A stretch of DNA of 64,000 nt from a bacterium. GTDB taxonomy: Bacteria; Patescibacteriota; Minisyncoccia; Phycocordibacterales; UBA2100. The DNA lies in the NCBI GenBank assembly GCA_016789445.1, contig JAEUQT010000001.1, positions 195,603-259,602 on the forward strand, read 5' to 3'. The stretch's first letter is position 1. The number at the start of each line of letters is the position of its first letter. Below, piece by piece: positions 6,949-16,026 of this stretch. Under the pieces are notes generated by a model. That model had not been told where the DNA came from and searched no databases. It saw nothing but the letters and a program-made list of their open reading frames with translations. A program made the translations under genes and the position numbers.

Positions 6949-9723
6949 CTAATAGGTGGATGCGTCGGGAGACTGACCGAAGCGAGCACGTATCTCGGCT
7001 TCGATCCCCTCCCGGTCGCGACCGAACGTACGATACGAAAGTTCCTTGAGTGCGTCAACATGACCATGATTGAAGCGCGGAAGATCCGAGGTGCGGAGCG
7101 TAAACGGTCGCGCCGGCGTGCCGTTCACGAGAAGCGCCACCGATGCATGACGATTCTCCTGATTCTCAAGGTCATTGCGGGTGAAGACCGGATGGAACTG
7201 CTTCTCCAGGAATTCCGCGTCGGTGGTGCCGATGCGGAACGCGATCTTGGTCCCCACATTGCCGATGACCGCATCGCGGATCTCTTCAGGAAGCTGCGCG
7301 ATGAACTGGTGGGCGACGGTGAGCGAGAGCTTGTACTTACGCGCCTCGGAGAGGATGGTGGAAATGGATGGCGTCGCGAAGTTCTGGAATTCGTCGATAT
7401 AGAGATAGAAGGTCGGCAGCTCGCTACGGGTGTCTACGCGGGAGAATGCCGCCTGCAGGAACTTCGAGACCAGCACGAGTCCCAAGAGTGAGGCATTACG
7501 CTCCCCCAGACGGCCCTTTGATAAGTTCGCAAGGAAGATCTTCTTGTTGTCCATGATGTCGCGGAAATCGAATGCCGATTGCTGCTGCGCCACGATCGGG
7601 CGCATGATGTCGTTCGCGAGGAAGACATCGAATTTCGAGGTGATGTACGGCGCGATCTCCGGCAGCGCCGCATCACCCTGCGGACCTTCGGCGATCTTCT
7701 TCCAGAACTGGACGATAACCGGATTATTGCAGCGCGAAAGCTTGAGATCGCGGAATGACTTATCCGCGAACACACGCGGAATCTCCAGAAAGGTGGAACC
7801 GGTGTCCGGATCTTCGACGACGAGCTGCACTGCATTGCGGTAGTACTGCTCGAACATCGGACCGAACGCCTCAGGGACATCCGCATAGAGCTTGCGGAAG
7901 ATCTGGTACACCTCGTCGATGACGAACGTCTTCATCTCCGGTCGCGAGAGATCGTACTCGAGCATATTGAGTCCCATGGGGCGGTCGGAATGCGCCGGGT
8001 CGAAGTAGATCACATCCTCGATACGCTCGGGCGGGACCGCCGCAAGTACATCCTCGATGTCATTGCCATGCGGATCGATGAAGGCCACACCTTCCCCGTT
8101 GCGCATGTCCTGGATGATCATGTTCTTGATGAGACCGGTCTTACCGGTACCCGTCTGTCCGATGACGTAGCAGTGACGCAACCTATCCTGCGCACCGAAG
8201 CGGACTTCCCGCTCATCAGCACCGTAGCGGTTAAGACCAAGCTGGATACCATCCGCCGGCATCTCGACCGGTGCTGGCGCCTGTTTCGCGTGCGCTTTCT
8301 TCAATTCGCGCGACGTAGTGACACGCTCGGCAGTGAGATGGACCATCGTGGAAAGCTCCGCGAGATTGAGCGGAATGGCGGTCGAATGATCGAACGTGCG
8401 GTAGGTGAATTCGCGCAGGAAAGCTGTCATGCCCCAGCTACCGACATGCTTGAAGTGGATGCGGTTCCCCTTCGGATCATCGAACTGGTTGAACGGCGCA
8501 ATGAGGTTCTTCAAGAGCTGTTCCGCTCGCGCCTCATCCGGTGCTGAAGTGACGAGACGGATGACCGTCGGTACGATACGGCTCTTGATCTTGCGGCCGA
8601 TGGCCTCGGTCGCCACCTGATCCCCCTGACGACGCATCTGCTGCCCCTCCGCCTTCGCTTTCGCCTCCTTGGAGGAGAACAGTTCGTCGACGACGTCGTG
8701 CACGAAATCACCGAAGACGGTCTCAGCGGTCTTCAATGCTTTCTCCAGCGGCTTTCCGTGTTCGAGTGCGCGCAAGATCTTCTTGTAGTGGTTGTTGTAC
8801 CGCTCTCCTTCGTTCGAGACGACAATCTGGAGTCCCGCACCTTCTCCATGCTTGGCGAGCTTCGCGAACGCCGCGAGAAGCACATTCATCGGATCATGCT
8901 CGAAGGATTCGTAGGTCTTCAGGGGGTATGCCGGATGCTCATGGAGCGTCGCGTACGCTGCGGCATGGTGGCCGTCGTAATTGAAGAGGTTATAATCGCC
9001 ACGTAACTCGCTGATGCGGGCATTCGGGAAGACCGAGGAGATGAGGCGCTCCGCCAATGCCTGCTTCTCACGCGGTACGGCCACGAAAATCGATGCCTCC
9101 TCAGTACCCTCCGGGACTGCTATTTCAATAGAAAAACCCTCATCAGCGCCGATGAGCGAGAGAAATCCCGAGTAAAGTTGCTCAGATGACGCTAAGAACT
9201 GTTCAAGCTTGTGCTGGCTTTTATCTTCGCTTTCCCCGTGGGATTGCGGATGTATCTCGAAGAGGACGAGGTGGAGGGCGCGCGCGATCCTCTCCGGCGG
9301 CTTCATCCCTTTCTGCGGCAAGCCCTCGGCGATATAGCGCACCAACATACGATGGAGATCGTCTTCGATGTGGGGGTTCTTGAGACGGGCCGCGACAGAG
9401 AGCGCATTGCGGATACCGTGCTCGGCGACGACCTTGAGAAGCCCGTCCATCTGTGCATCATGTGCTTCCGGCTGGAGATCAAGCGCGATGCGGAGCGTCT
9501 CGTGTTCGGGAAGCACCGTCGCTTCGTGGAGGACCGCCTTCGCCGGAGCGACGCCGTATTCGGCCACTTCACGCTTCGCGATACGCTCTTTCTCGAACGC
9601 GTTTCCCTCTACTTCGAGCTCACGCTCTTTCTCGGCGACACGCTCGCGCAGGAATGCGAGCTCCTCTTCGGGAGATTTGAATGCCGTCGCAGGCCTGAAG
9701 CGCTCCCCTGTGCGCGGTTGCAT
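6949..9723 (-). CDS. large P-loop ATPase, VirD4/TraG/TraD (type IV coupling protein, DUF87-like) family
   Basis: 924 aa. Walker A GQTGTGKTGLIKNMI, Walker B FYLYIDEFQNF, and a downstream LSLTVAHQFIAQL motif typical of T4SS coupling-protein ATPases. The ~400-aa N-terminal region is unassigned. Confidence 0.55.
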   Translation of the reverse strand: MQPRTGERFRPATAFKSPEEELAFLRERVAEKERELEVEGNAFEKERIAKREVAEYGVAPAKAVLHEATVLPEHETLRIALDLQPEAHDAQMDGLLKVVAEHGIRNALSVAARLKNPHIEDDLHRMLVRYIAEGLPQKGMKPPERIARALHLVLFEIHPQSHGESEDKSQHKLEQFLASSEQLYSGFLSLIGADEGFSIEIAVPEGTEEASIFVAVPREKQALAERLISSVFPNARISELRGDYNLFNYDGHHAAAYATLHEHPAYPLKTYESFEHDPMNVLLAAFAKLAKHGEGAGLQIVVSNEGERYNNHYKKILRALEHGKPLEKALKTAETVFGDFVHDVVDELFSSKEAKAKAEGQQMRRQGDQVATEAIGRKIKSRIVPTVIRLVTSAPDEARAEQLLKNLIAPFNQFDDPKGNRIHFKHVGSWGMTAFLREFTYRTFDHSTAIPLNLAELSTMVHLTAERVTTSRELKKAHAKQAPAPVEMPADGIQLGLNRYGADEREVRFGAQDRLRHCYVIGQTGTGKTGLIKNMIIQDMRNGEGVAFIDPHGNDIEDVLAAVPPERIEDVIYFDPAHSDRPMGLNMLEYDLSRPEMKTFVIDEVYQIFRKLYADVPEAFGPMFEQYYRNAVQLVVEDPDTGSTFLEIPRVFADKSFRDLKLSRCNNPVIVQFWKKIAEGPQGDAALPEIAPYITSKFDVFLANDIMRPIVAQQQSAFDFRDIMDNKKIFLANLSKGRLGERNASLLGLVLVSKFLQAAFSRVDTRSELPTFYLYIDEFQNFATPSISTILSEARKYKLSLTVAHQFIAQLPEEIRDAVIGNVGTKIAFRIGTTDAEFLEKQFHPVFTRNDLENQENRHASVALLVNGTPARPFTLRTSDLPRFNHGHVDALKELSYRTFGRDREGIEAEIRARFGQSPDASTY

Positions 9724-9744
9724 GGGGAAAAGTATAGCATCGCG

Positions 9745-10512
9745 CTACACCGCAGTGATGATCTCCGGCCCTTTTTTCGTGACGATAATCGTGTGTTCGG
9801 TATGTGCGGAGCGAGAACCATCTTTCGTGCGGTATGAAAAACCGTCCTCGTCGACGAAAAGCGACCCGGAACCGCGCGTGAACATCGGTTCTATGGCGAT
9901 GACGAGTCCTTCTTCGAGCGGGACATCGAAACGCGGGTCGCGGTAGTTCGGGACGTGCGGCTCCTCGTGAACCTTCTTGCCGACGCCGTGTCCGGAGAGG
10001 TTTTTCGGGAAGCCTAATCCATATTTTTTCGCGACGGTTTCTACTGCTTCACCGATGTCGCCCGTCGTATTGCCCACGCGTGCCTGCGCTATGCCTGCCG
10101 CGAGCGCCTCATACGCGGCCTTCACCATCTCTTCGTCCTTCGGATCGCCCGTTCCGGCGATGAGCGTGACCGCATGGTCCGTGAAATAGCCTTTGTGCTT
10201 CACACCGAAATCGAGTGTGACCACATCACCTTCTCCAAACGGCTTCGTGATGATACTGCCCGGCGCGTGGACGATGACGTCGTTCACCGAAATGCAGATG
10301 ACTGACGGGAACTTCTCACCGTTGCGACCAGAGCCGTAGCCCAGGAATGCCGCGGTATCGCCATCAGCCTTCAAAAGCTCACGCGCCCTAAGATCGATCT
10401 CTTTCGGAGAAACCCCGGGCTTCACCATCTTCGAGAGCTCTTTCAAGTGGGAACCGAGGCGTCGGCCGCTCTCGCGCAGCAATTCGTAGTCTTGTTTCGT
10501 CTTCGCGATCAT
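9745..10512 (-). CDS. map: type I methionine aminopeptidase
   Basis: 255 aa; VICISVNDVIVHAPGS ... DHAVTLIAG ... GHGVGKKVHEEPHVPNY ... IEPMFTRG is the canonical MetAP fold. Confidence 0.9.
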   Translation of the reverse strand: MIAKTKQDYELLRESGRRLGSHLKELSKMVKPGVSPKEIDLRARELLKADGDTAAFLGYGSGRNGEKFPSVICISVNDVIVHAPGSIITKPFGEGDVVTLDFGVKHKGYFTDHAVTLIAGTGDPKDEEMVKAAYEALAAGIAQARVGNTTGDIGEAVETVAKKYGLGFPKNLSGHGVGKKVHEEPHVPNYRDPRFDVPLEEGLVIAIEPMFTRGSGSLFVDEDGFSYRTKDGSRSAHTEHTIIVTKKGPEIITAV

Positions 10513-11129
10513 GAAAGTCCTAACTCACGGAGGATGTTGGCATGGATGGTCTCGACGTCTGGCTCGCCGTCGACGGAGATGACCTTGCGGCCGCGGGATT
10601 TCAGGAGTTCGAGCTGCGGAATGACATCGGAATGGTACCAGGCAAGACGCTTCTTGATAGCCTCTTCGGTGTCGTCGTTGCGGCCGCGTGCAAGGAGTCG
10701 CTGCATCACGGATGCTTCGGTGAGCTCGATCGAGACGATGGTGAAATCATCGCGACCGAAGAACTTCATCGCGTCGTCGAATGCGGCCGTCTGTTCTGGT
10801 CCGCGCGCGAGGCCATCCGCGATGATGTGCTCGTCTCCGGCGATGAGATTCTCCGCGATCTTCTTGGTCTGGAGATAGATAGCCATGAAATCCGGCATGC
10901 GGTTCCCTTGGTCGATGACGCTGCCGGTCAGTTTCCCTGTGTAGGAACCGGTGTCACGTAGTGCGCGCAGTTCCGCACCCATATCGATGTGGATGATGCC
11001 GCGCTCCGGCTGGGTCTTTGTGAGGTGCTCCATGAGCATCTTTACCTGCGTCCCCTTACCGGCCCCCTGGGAACCGAAAAAAAGGACCGATAACGGCCGC
11101 GGATTGGCAGGGTTGGGCGTGTCTGTCAT
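10509..11129 (-). CDS. adk: adenylate kinase
   Basis: Start taken at internal MTDTP... Motifs LFFGSQGAGKGTQVKML (P-loop), LID and NMP regions. Overlaps the gmk stop by 4 nt. Confidence 0.85.
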   Translation of the reverse strand: MTDTPNPANPRPLSVLFFGSQGAGKGTQVKMLMEHLTKTQPERGIIHIDMGAELRALRDTGSYTGKLTGSVIDQGNRMPDFMAIYLQTKKIAENLIAGDEHIIADGLARGPEQTAAFDDAMKFFGRDDFTIVSIELTEASVMQRLLARGRNDDTEEAIKKRLAWYHSDVIPQLELLKSRGRKVISVDGEPDVETIHANILRELGLS

Positions 11130-11716
11130 GCACCGAGAGTATACCCTTCTTTGCGCAGGATTTCTATCACCTCGTCGATCGCCTGATCGAGCTTCCCGTC
11201 CTCGTTCGTAATGCGGTAATCGTAGAATGGAGCCTCTTCTTTGATCTCCCGTTCGGTGAACTTCCGGCGCTCCTCCCACTCCACATCGCTCATCGGCGCT
11301 CGGGCGCGGATGCGCTTCTCGAATGCATCGAGCGACGGCGGCATGATGAAAAATGTCGTCGCATCGTAGTTTTCTTTCAAGTATTTCGCGCCAACAATTT
11401 GTATCTGGAAAAGCGTTACCTTCCCTGCTGAAACATTCTTATCGAGGCCGGGCTTGTAGAGGCCGTAGTAAGTATCAGTATCCGGTCGGTGGTAATGCTC
11501 GGGGATACTCCCGTCAGCGAGTCCGGCGAGGAATTCGTCCTTGGAGAGGAAGTAGTAGTTCTTCTCATGCTTTTCCCCAGGGCGCGGCGCGCGCGTCGTC
11601 GCGTTCACGGCGAAGACAGTGTTCGGACAACGTGCCAAGACCCCTTTGATGATGGAGTCCTTGCCGCTACCTGCGGGCCCCGCTATCACGACGGCGTTAC
11701 GTAACATGAACGGCAT
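11126..11716 (-). CDS. gmk: guanylate kinase
   Basis: VIAGPAGSGKDSI P-loop, RAPRPGEKHEKNYYFLSKDEF, TTRAPR motif. Start taken at MPFML. Confidence 0.8.
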   Translation of the reverse strand: MPFMLRNAVVIAGPAGSGKDSIIKGVLARCPNTVFAVNATTRAPRPGEKHEKNYYFLSKDEFLAGLADGSIPEHYHRPDTDTYYGLYKPGLDKNVSAGKVTLFQIQIVGAKYLKENYDATTFFIMPPSLDAFEKRIRARAPMSDVEWEERRKFTEREIKEEAPFYDYRITNEDGKLDQAIDEVIEILRKEGYTLGA

Positions 11717-11768
11717 CCTAGCATAAAAAAGAAAATCAGGAGCTCGCGACATAAGCGAGCTCCCGAAA

Positions 11769-12167
11769 TCATTTCGACTCGACTTTCCACCACTCTTCAA
11801 GAAAGTCGACTGTTAGAACATCTGGAAAGAGCAATCTTGTACCAATTAAGACCGCAGGCTCTGTCGTAGCATGTGTTCGCTCTGAGTCATCTACGACATG
11901 TGCACTTATACGTATCCACTGTCCTTTCCAGAATACTTCGCCATGCGATAGTTCTATTTCTCCGTTCCCGCTTGCGTAGGAGACAGGACGAAAAATTGTG
12001 GTTGGTTCGAAATTCAGTTCCCCGGCAAGTGTATCGCCAAGAAATAGATACCCGTCGAAAGCCGTGTCGATAATCGCTAACGCACGAACACCATTTCGCC
12101 ACTCCAGCATTGCCAAAGGGCGCTTTTTCGTATCGATGCGGCCTCTGATAAAGGAAGGGGTGGTCAT
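11769..12167 (-). CDS. retropepsin-like (clan AA) aspartic protease, copy A (active-site DTA variant)
   Basis: 132 aa from MTTPSF. ALAIIDTAFDGYLFLGDTLAGEL and VLIGTRLLFPDVLTVDF echo the retropepsin DTG and IIGRNLL motifs. Paralogous to 17640..18011. The ATG overlaps the upstream gene's stop as ATGA. Confidence 0.6.
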   Translation of the reverse strand: MTTPSFIRGRIDTKKRPLAMLEWRNGVRALAIIDTAFDGYLFLGDTLAGELNFEPTTIFRPVSYASGNGEIELSHGEVFWKGQWIRISAHVVDDSERTHATTEPAVLIGTRLLFPDVLTVDFLEEWWKVESK

Positions 12168-12412
12168 TTGCCACCCCCAATCTCGCGCATCCAACCTATA
12201 TCGCTCTGTCCGAATCGTCTTTGAAATTCAATCATCAGATCCTTCTCATTCTCACCGACCAAGTATTCACCATTGGTCGTGTTAATGACAACAAGCATCT
12301 CAGGTTTTAAGCCTTTCAATTTTTCCTGAATCTTACCGAAGATCTCTTCACCTTTGATTCGAGCTTGCTTTCGGATTTCACCGCGATTTTTCCACTTCTC
12401 TGCAGTAGACAT
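12164..12412 (-). CDS. small partner protein of retropepsin module, copy A
   Basis: 82 aa; EIRKQARIKGEEIFGKIQEKLKG ... LVVINTTNGEYLVGENE ... FQRRFGQSDIGWMREIG aligns with the 17401..17643 product. AGGAGG lies 5 nt upstream of the ATG. Confidence 0.55.
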   Translation of the reverse strand: MSTAEKWKNRGEIRKQARIKGEEIFGKIQEKLKGLKPEMLVVINTTNGEYLVGENEKDLMIEFQRRFGQSDIGWMREIGGGK

Positions 12413-12450
12413 GGTGCCTCCTGAAGTACATTACCTGTTAGGATTATGCC

Positions 12451-12486
12451 GCAAAAAAGAAAGGACTGCCATTGTTGGCAGTCCTT
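12451..12486 (-). terminator. intrinsic terminator after small secreted-protein gene
   Basis: Minus strand reads AGGACUGCC-AACAA-UGGCAGUCCU followed by UUCUUUUUUG. Confidence 0.6.
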
Positions 12487-12494
12487 ATGATCGG

Positions 12495-12728
12495 CTAGGT
12501 GCGGAATTCGCCGCGACAGACGACGGTGTACCTGGTCGTCGGAGACATTTTCCGCCAGATAGCGGCGGTCTGGTGCGCTTCGGTATACGGCATCCAGCCG
12601 ACACCCCCTTGCTCACCCGTCACCGAATCCTTGTAGAGGATCTGGCACTCTTGCTCCTTTGTGCCGCTCGCCATCAGCATGGCCACAAGAAGAATCGCTT
12701 TCACTTCTCTCTCCTTCTTCCCTAACAA
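12495..12728 (-). CDS. small secreted protein (hypothetical)
   Basis: 77-aa ORF with hydrophobic N-terminus KAILLVAMLMASG and two Cys. It lies between secY and the retropepsin module. Weak call. Confidence 0.35.
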   Translation of the reverse strand: MLGKKEREVKAILLVAMLMASGTKEQECQILYKDSVTGEQGGVGWMPYTEAHQTAAIWRKMSPTTRYTVVCRGEFRT

Positions 12729-12782
12729 AAAACCACTGAGATATATTATATCATCTCAGTGGCCTTTGTCAAACTACCTCTT

Positions 12783-14057
12783 CTAGTACTCGCGGATGGA
12801 TGTCTGTGCGTCGACTTTCTTCACGACGTCGAGGACGACGGAAACGGCGATGAGAAGCGCCGTACCACCGATCGTGAGCGCCGTGATACCGGTCAGACCC
12901 TGGAGGATGATCGGCATGACCGCGATGAGACCGAGGAAGAGGGCTCCCACGAGCGTGATGCGCGTGATGATGTTGCCGAGGTACTCAGCGGTCGTATTCC
13001 CTGGGCGGACGCCCGGGATGAATGCGCCGTTCTTCTGGAGGTTCTTCGCGATCTGGTTCGGCTCGAATGTGATAGCGGTGTAGAAGTACGTGAATACGAA
13101 GACGAGGACGAAGTACATCGTGCCGTAGAGCGCCTGGTTGTTGAGGCCGGCGAGGACGCTGTTCGCACCCGACGAGAGCCACGGGATCGAGGAGTTAGCG
13201 AGGAAGGTCGCGATCATCTGCGGGAACAAGAGGAACGAAAGCGCGAAGATGATCGGCATGACACCTGCCTGATTCACGCGAAGCGGGAGGTAGGTGGAAA
13301 CACCGCCCATGACCTTCGAACCGCGGACGCGACGTGCGTAGGTAACCGGAATCGGACGCTCTGCCTCAGAGATGTAGACGACGCCTGCCGTGATCGCCAC
13401 ACCGACTGCTGCCATCGCGATGTAGGTCGGAAGCTGTGCGATGTCGAAGCTGAAGATGAGCTGTGCGAGCGTCGACGGGATGATCGCCACGATACCTGCG
13501 AAGATGATGAGCGAGACGCCATTGCCGATGCCGAACTCGGTGATGAGCTCTCCGATCCACATGAGAAGGATCGAACCGGCTGCCACGATGAGCGTGTTGG
13601 TGATCGCGCTCTCAAGCGTCATCGGTGCGATGATCCCCTGCTGCTGGAGGATGAGGAGGAACGCGAAACCCTGGATGAGCGCGAGCGGGACCGTGAGGAA
13701 GCGCGAGTACTGCATGAAGCGAGCGCGACCGGCATCACCTTCTTCCTGATACATCTCCTTCAGCTTCGGCACGAGGACCGTGAGGAGCTGCATGACGATG
13801 GATGCCGTGATGTACGGACCCACGCCGAGCATGACGATGGAAAGATTGGAAAAGCCGCCGCCGGAGAAGATGTTGAGGAGGCCTAGAAATTGGTTGTTCG
13901 AGAGGAACTGCTGGAGCGCGAACGAGTCCACCGACGGGATCGGGATCGCCGCAAGCAAGCGGAAGACCGCAAGCGCGCCGAGCGCGAAGAGGATTCGGTT
14001 GCGGAGCGTCGTATCTTCTACGACGATCCTGAGCTTTCGCATGAATGCGTCGAACAT
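12783..14057 (-). CDS. secY: preprotein translocase subunit SecY
   Basis: 424 aa, 10 TM segments; MFDAFMRKLRIVVEDTTLRNRILFALGALAVFRL... Follows rplO as in the spc operon. Confidence 0.95.
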   Translation of the reverse strand: MFDAFMRKLRIVVEDTTLRNRILFALGALAVFRLLAAIPIPSVDSFALQQFLSNNQFLGLLNIFSGGGFSNLSIVMLGVGPYITASIVMQLLTVLVPKLKEMYQEEGDAGRARFMQYSRFLTVPLALIQGFAFLLILQQQGIIAPMTLESAITNTLIVAAGSILLMWIGELITEFGIGNGVSLIIFAGIVAIIPSTLAQLIFSFDIAQLPTYIAMAAVGVAITAGVVYISEAERPIPVTYARRVRGSKVMGGVSTYLPLRVNQAGVMPIIFALSFLLFPQMIATFLANSSIPWLSSGANSVLAGLNNQALYGTMYFVLVFVFTYFYTAITFEPNQIAKNLQKNGAFIPGVRPGNTTAEYLGNIITRITLVGALFLGLIAVMPIILQGLTGITALTIGGTALLIAVSVVLDVVKKVDAQTSIREY

Positions 14058-14072
14058 AGGATTTTGTTTAGG

Positions 14073-14522
14073 TTAGGAAATGCTGCCCCCTGCCTTCTCG
14101 ATGGCCGCCTTCGCACCTGCGGAAACGATGACACCAGAGAACTTGAACTTCTTCTTCGATTCAGAGCCGACGATCTTCACCTTTGGTGCGCCGGTCTTCC
14201 CTGCGCGGACGATACCGCTCTCGACAAGCGCCTTCGGAGTGACCTCCGAACCGTCGAAGCGTGCTTCGAGCGTCGCGAGTGAGACGGTAACAGGACGAGG
14301 CTTTGCCTCCCAGACGGTGCGACCACGATTCTTGCCGTACCCACGGCGCTTCGGGATCTTCTTGATGATGTCGCGGAGAGCCGGGCGGATCTTCGCACCT
14401 GCGCGCGCAGTCTGGCCCTTGCCGCCCTTCCCGGAGGTCTTGCCGCGGGTAGAAGACTGGCCACGACCGACACGGCGGTACGGACGCTTCGTCATTCGCT
14501 TGAGTGTGTGAAGGCCGGTCAT
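14073..14522 (-). CDS. rplO: 50S ribosomal protein L15
   Basis: Start at internal MTGLHTLKRMTKRPYRRVGRGQSS ... GKGGKGQ. Directly abuts the rpsE stop (14524) with no L30 gene between. Confidence 0.9.
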   Translation of the reverse strand: MTGLHTLKRMTKRPYRRVGRGQSSTRGKTSGKGGKGQTARAGAKIRPALRDIIKKIPKRRGYGKNRGRTVWEAKPRPVTVSLATLEARFDGSEVTPKALVESGIVRAGKTGAPKVKIVGSESKKKFKFSGVIVSAGAKAAIEKAGGSIS

Positions 14523-14523
14523 A

Positions 14524-15120
14524 TTAGTGTTTCTTTTCGATAGTCTTGAGCGCTTCGATAGCAGCGCGTGCGTTGTTGATGGAATTGTGGCTGCGGGAGA
14601 GGATCTTTGCGGTAACGTCGGTGACCCCTGCGAGCTCGAGGACCGCACGGACAGCGGAACCGGCGACGAGACCACGACCCGGAGATGGGCGGATCTCGAC
14701 GACGCTGGCTGCGTACTTCGCCTCGATGTTGTGCTTGATGGAGTTCGTCTTGGTGAGGTCCAGCGTGATCATGTTCTTCTTCGCGTGGCGGGTCGCCTTT
14801 TCGATCGCGAGCTGGGTGTCCATTGCCTTGCCGAGACCGACACCGACACGACCCTTCTTGTCGCCGATGACCATACAGACGGAGAAATTGAAGCGGCGAC
14901 CACCTGCCATGACGCGGGCGACGCGGCGGATGCCGAGCATCTTCTGAGCGAACTCGGAGCGCGGAGCGTCCCCTCGATCACGGCGCGGACCACGAGGGCC
15001 ACGGCCGCCGGGGCCACCACGACGATCCCCACCTGGGCGCGGACCACGGCCGCGGAAATCCTGGCGCGGAGCGTCTGCCGGAGTCTGCGTATCTGCCACC
15101 TGTGTCGTTTCGTTAGTCAT
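14524..15120 (-). CDS. rpsE: 30S ribosomal protein S5 (Arg/Gly/Pro-rich N-terminal extension)
   Basis: KMLGIRRVARVMAGGRRFNFSVCMVIGDKKGRVGVGLGKA ... canonical S5 core. The N-terminal RGRGPRPGGDRRGGPGG region is low-complexity. Confidence 0.9.
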   Translation of the reverse strand: MTNETTQVADTQTPADAPRQDFRGRGPRPGGDRRGGPGGRGPRGPRRDRGDAPRSEFAQKMLGIRRVARVMAGGRRFNFSVCMVIGDKKGRVGVGLGKAMDTQLAIEKATRHAKKNMITLDLTKTNSIKHNIEAKYAASVVEIRPSPGRGLVAGSAVRAVLELAGVTDVTAKILSRSHNSINNARAAIEALKTIEKKH

Positions 15121-15124
15121 AACA

Positions 15125-15472
15125 TTAGAAGTCGAGTCCTGCCTTACGCGCTGCATCAGCAAACGCCTTGATAGTGCCCTGATACTGGAAGCCGCCGCGA
15201 TCGAAGACGACCTTCTTCACGCCTGCCTTCTGTGCTGCTGCCGCGAGGGTCTCTGCTGCTGCTTCTGCCTTCTCGCGCGGGGTCTTGCCCTTTGCTTCGG
15301 AAGAAGAAACCGCCGCAAGCGTCTTTCCTGCGTTGTCGTCGATGATCTGTGCGACGACGCGCGTGTTCGACTTGAAGATCGAAAGGCGTGGGCGCTCTGC
15401 GCTGCCCATCACCTTCGCACGGACGCGTCGGTGACGTCGTTCTCGCTGCTGTGTTTTAGAAAGAGTCTGCAT
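15125..15472 (-). CDS. rplR: 50S ribosomal protein L18
   Basis: 115 aa; RERRHRRVRAKVMGSAERPRLSIFKSNTRVVAQIIDD ... VVFDRGGFQYQG. Confidence 0.9.
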   Translation of the reverse strand: MQTLSKTQQRERRHRRVRAKVMGSAERPRLSIFKSNTRVVAQIIDDNAGKTLAAVSSSEAKGKTPREKAEAAAETLAAAAQKAGVKKVVFDRGGFQYQGTIKAFADAARKAGLDF

Positions 15473-15477
15473 ATGCG

Positions 15478-16020
15478 TTATGAGGATGCTGCGGCCTTCT
15501 TACCCTGCTTCTGGCGTACGACTTCGCCTTCGTAACGGATGCCCTTGCCCTTGTATGGCTCCGGCTTCTTGATCTCGCGGACCGATGCAGCGAACTGACC
15601 GACCGCATCCTTGTCTGCGCCCGAGATGGTGATGATGTTCTTCTCGACGACTGCCGTGAGACCTTCCGGAACCGCGACGATGACCGGATGCGAGAAACCG
15701 AGTGCCATCTTGAGGTTCTTGCCCTGAAGCTCAGCCTTGAAACCGATACCTTCGATCTGGAGCTTCTTCTGGAACGGCGTGTTGACGCCGGCGATCATGT
15801 TGCGGACGTGCGCAGCGTAGGTACCCCAGAGCGCCTTTGCGAGACGGGTGTTGTTTGCCGGTTCGACAGAAGCGTTGCCGTTTTCGACGGTAACCTTCAC
15901 TGCCGGGTGCATCGGACGCACGAGCGTGCCGCCCTTCCCCTTTACCGTGATGCTCTCAGAAGAGACCGACATGTCGGTACCTGCTGGGATTGCGATTGCG
16001 AGTTTTCCGATTCGTGACAT
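15478..16020 (-). CDS. rplF: 50S ribosomal protein L6
   Basis: 180 aa; MSRIGKLAIAIPAGTDMSVS ... GFKAELQGKNLKMALGFSHPV. Confidence 0.95.
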   Translation of the reverse strand: MSRIGKLAIAIPAGTDMSVSSESITVKGKGGTLVRPMHPAVKVTVENGNASVEPANNTRLAKALWGTYAAHVRNMIAGVNTPFQKKLQIEGIGFKAELQGKNLKMALGFSHPVIVAVPEGLTAVVEKNIITISGADKDAVGQFAASVREIKKPEPYKGKGIRYEGEVVRQKQGKKAAASS

Positions 16021-16026
16021 ATAGAT

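Noticed and set aside
12759-13886. 375-aa plus-strand ORF rich in D/E/R, antisense to secY
   Set aside because: It lies entirely inside the well-supported secY gene on the opposite strand. Its low-complexity charged composition is typical of spurious antisense ORFs in high-GC DNA.
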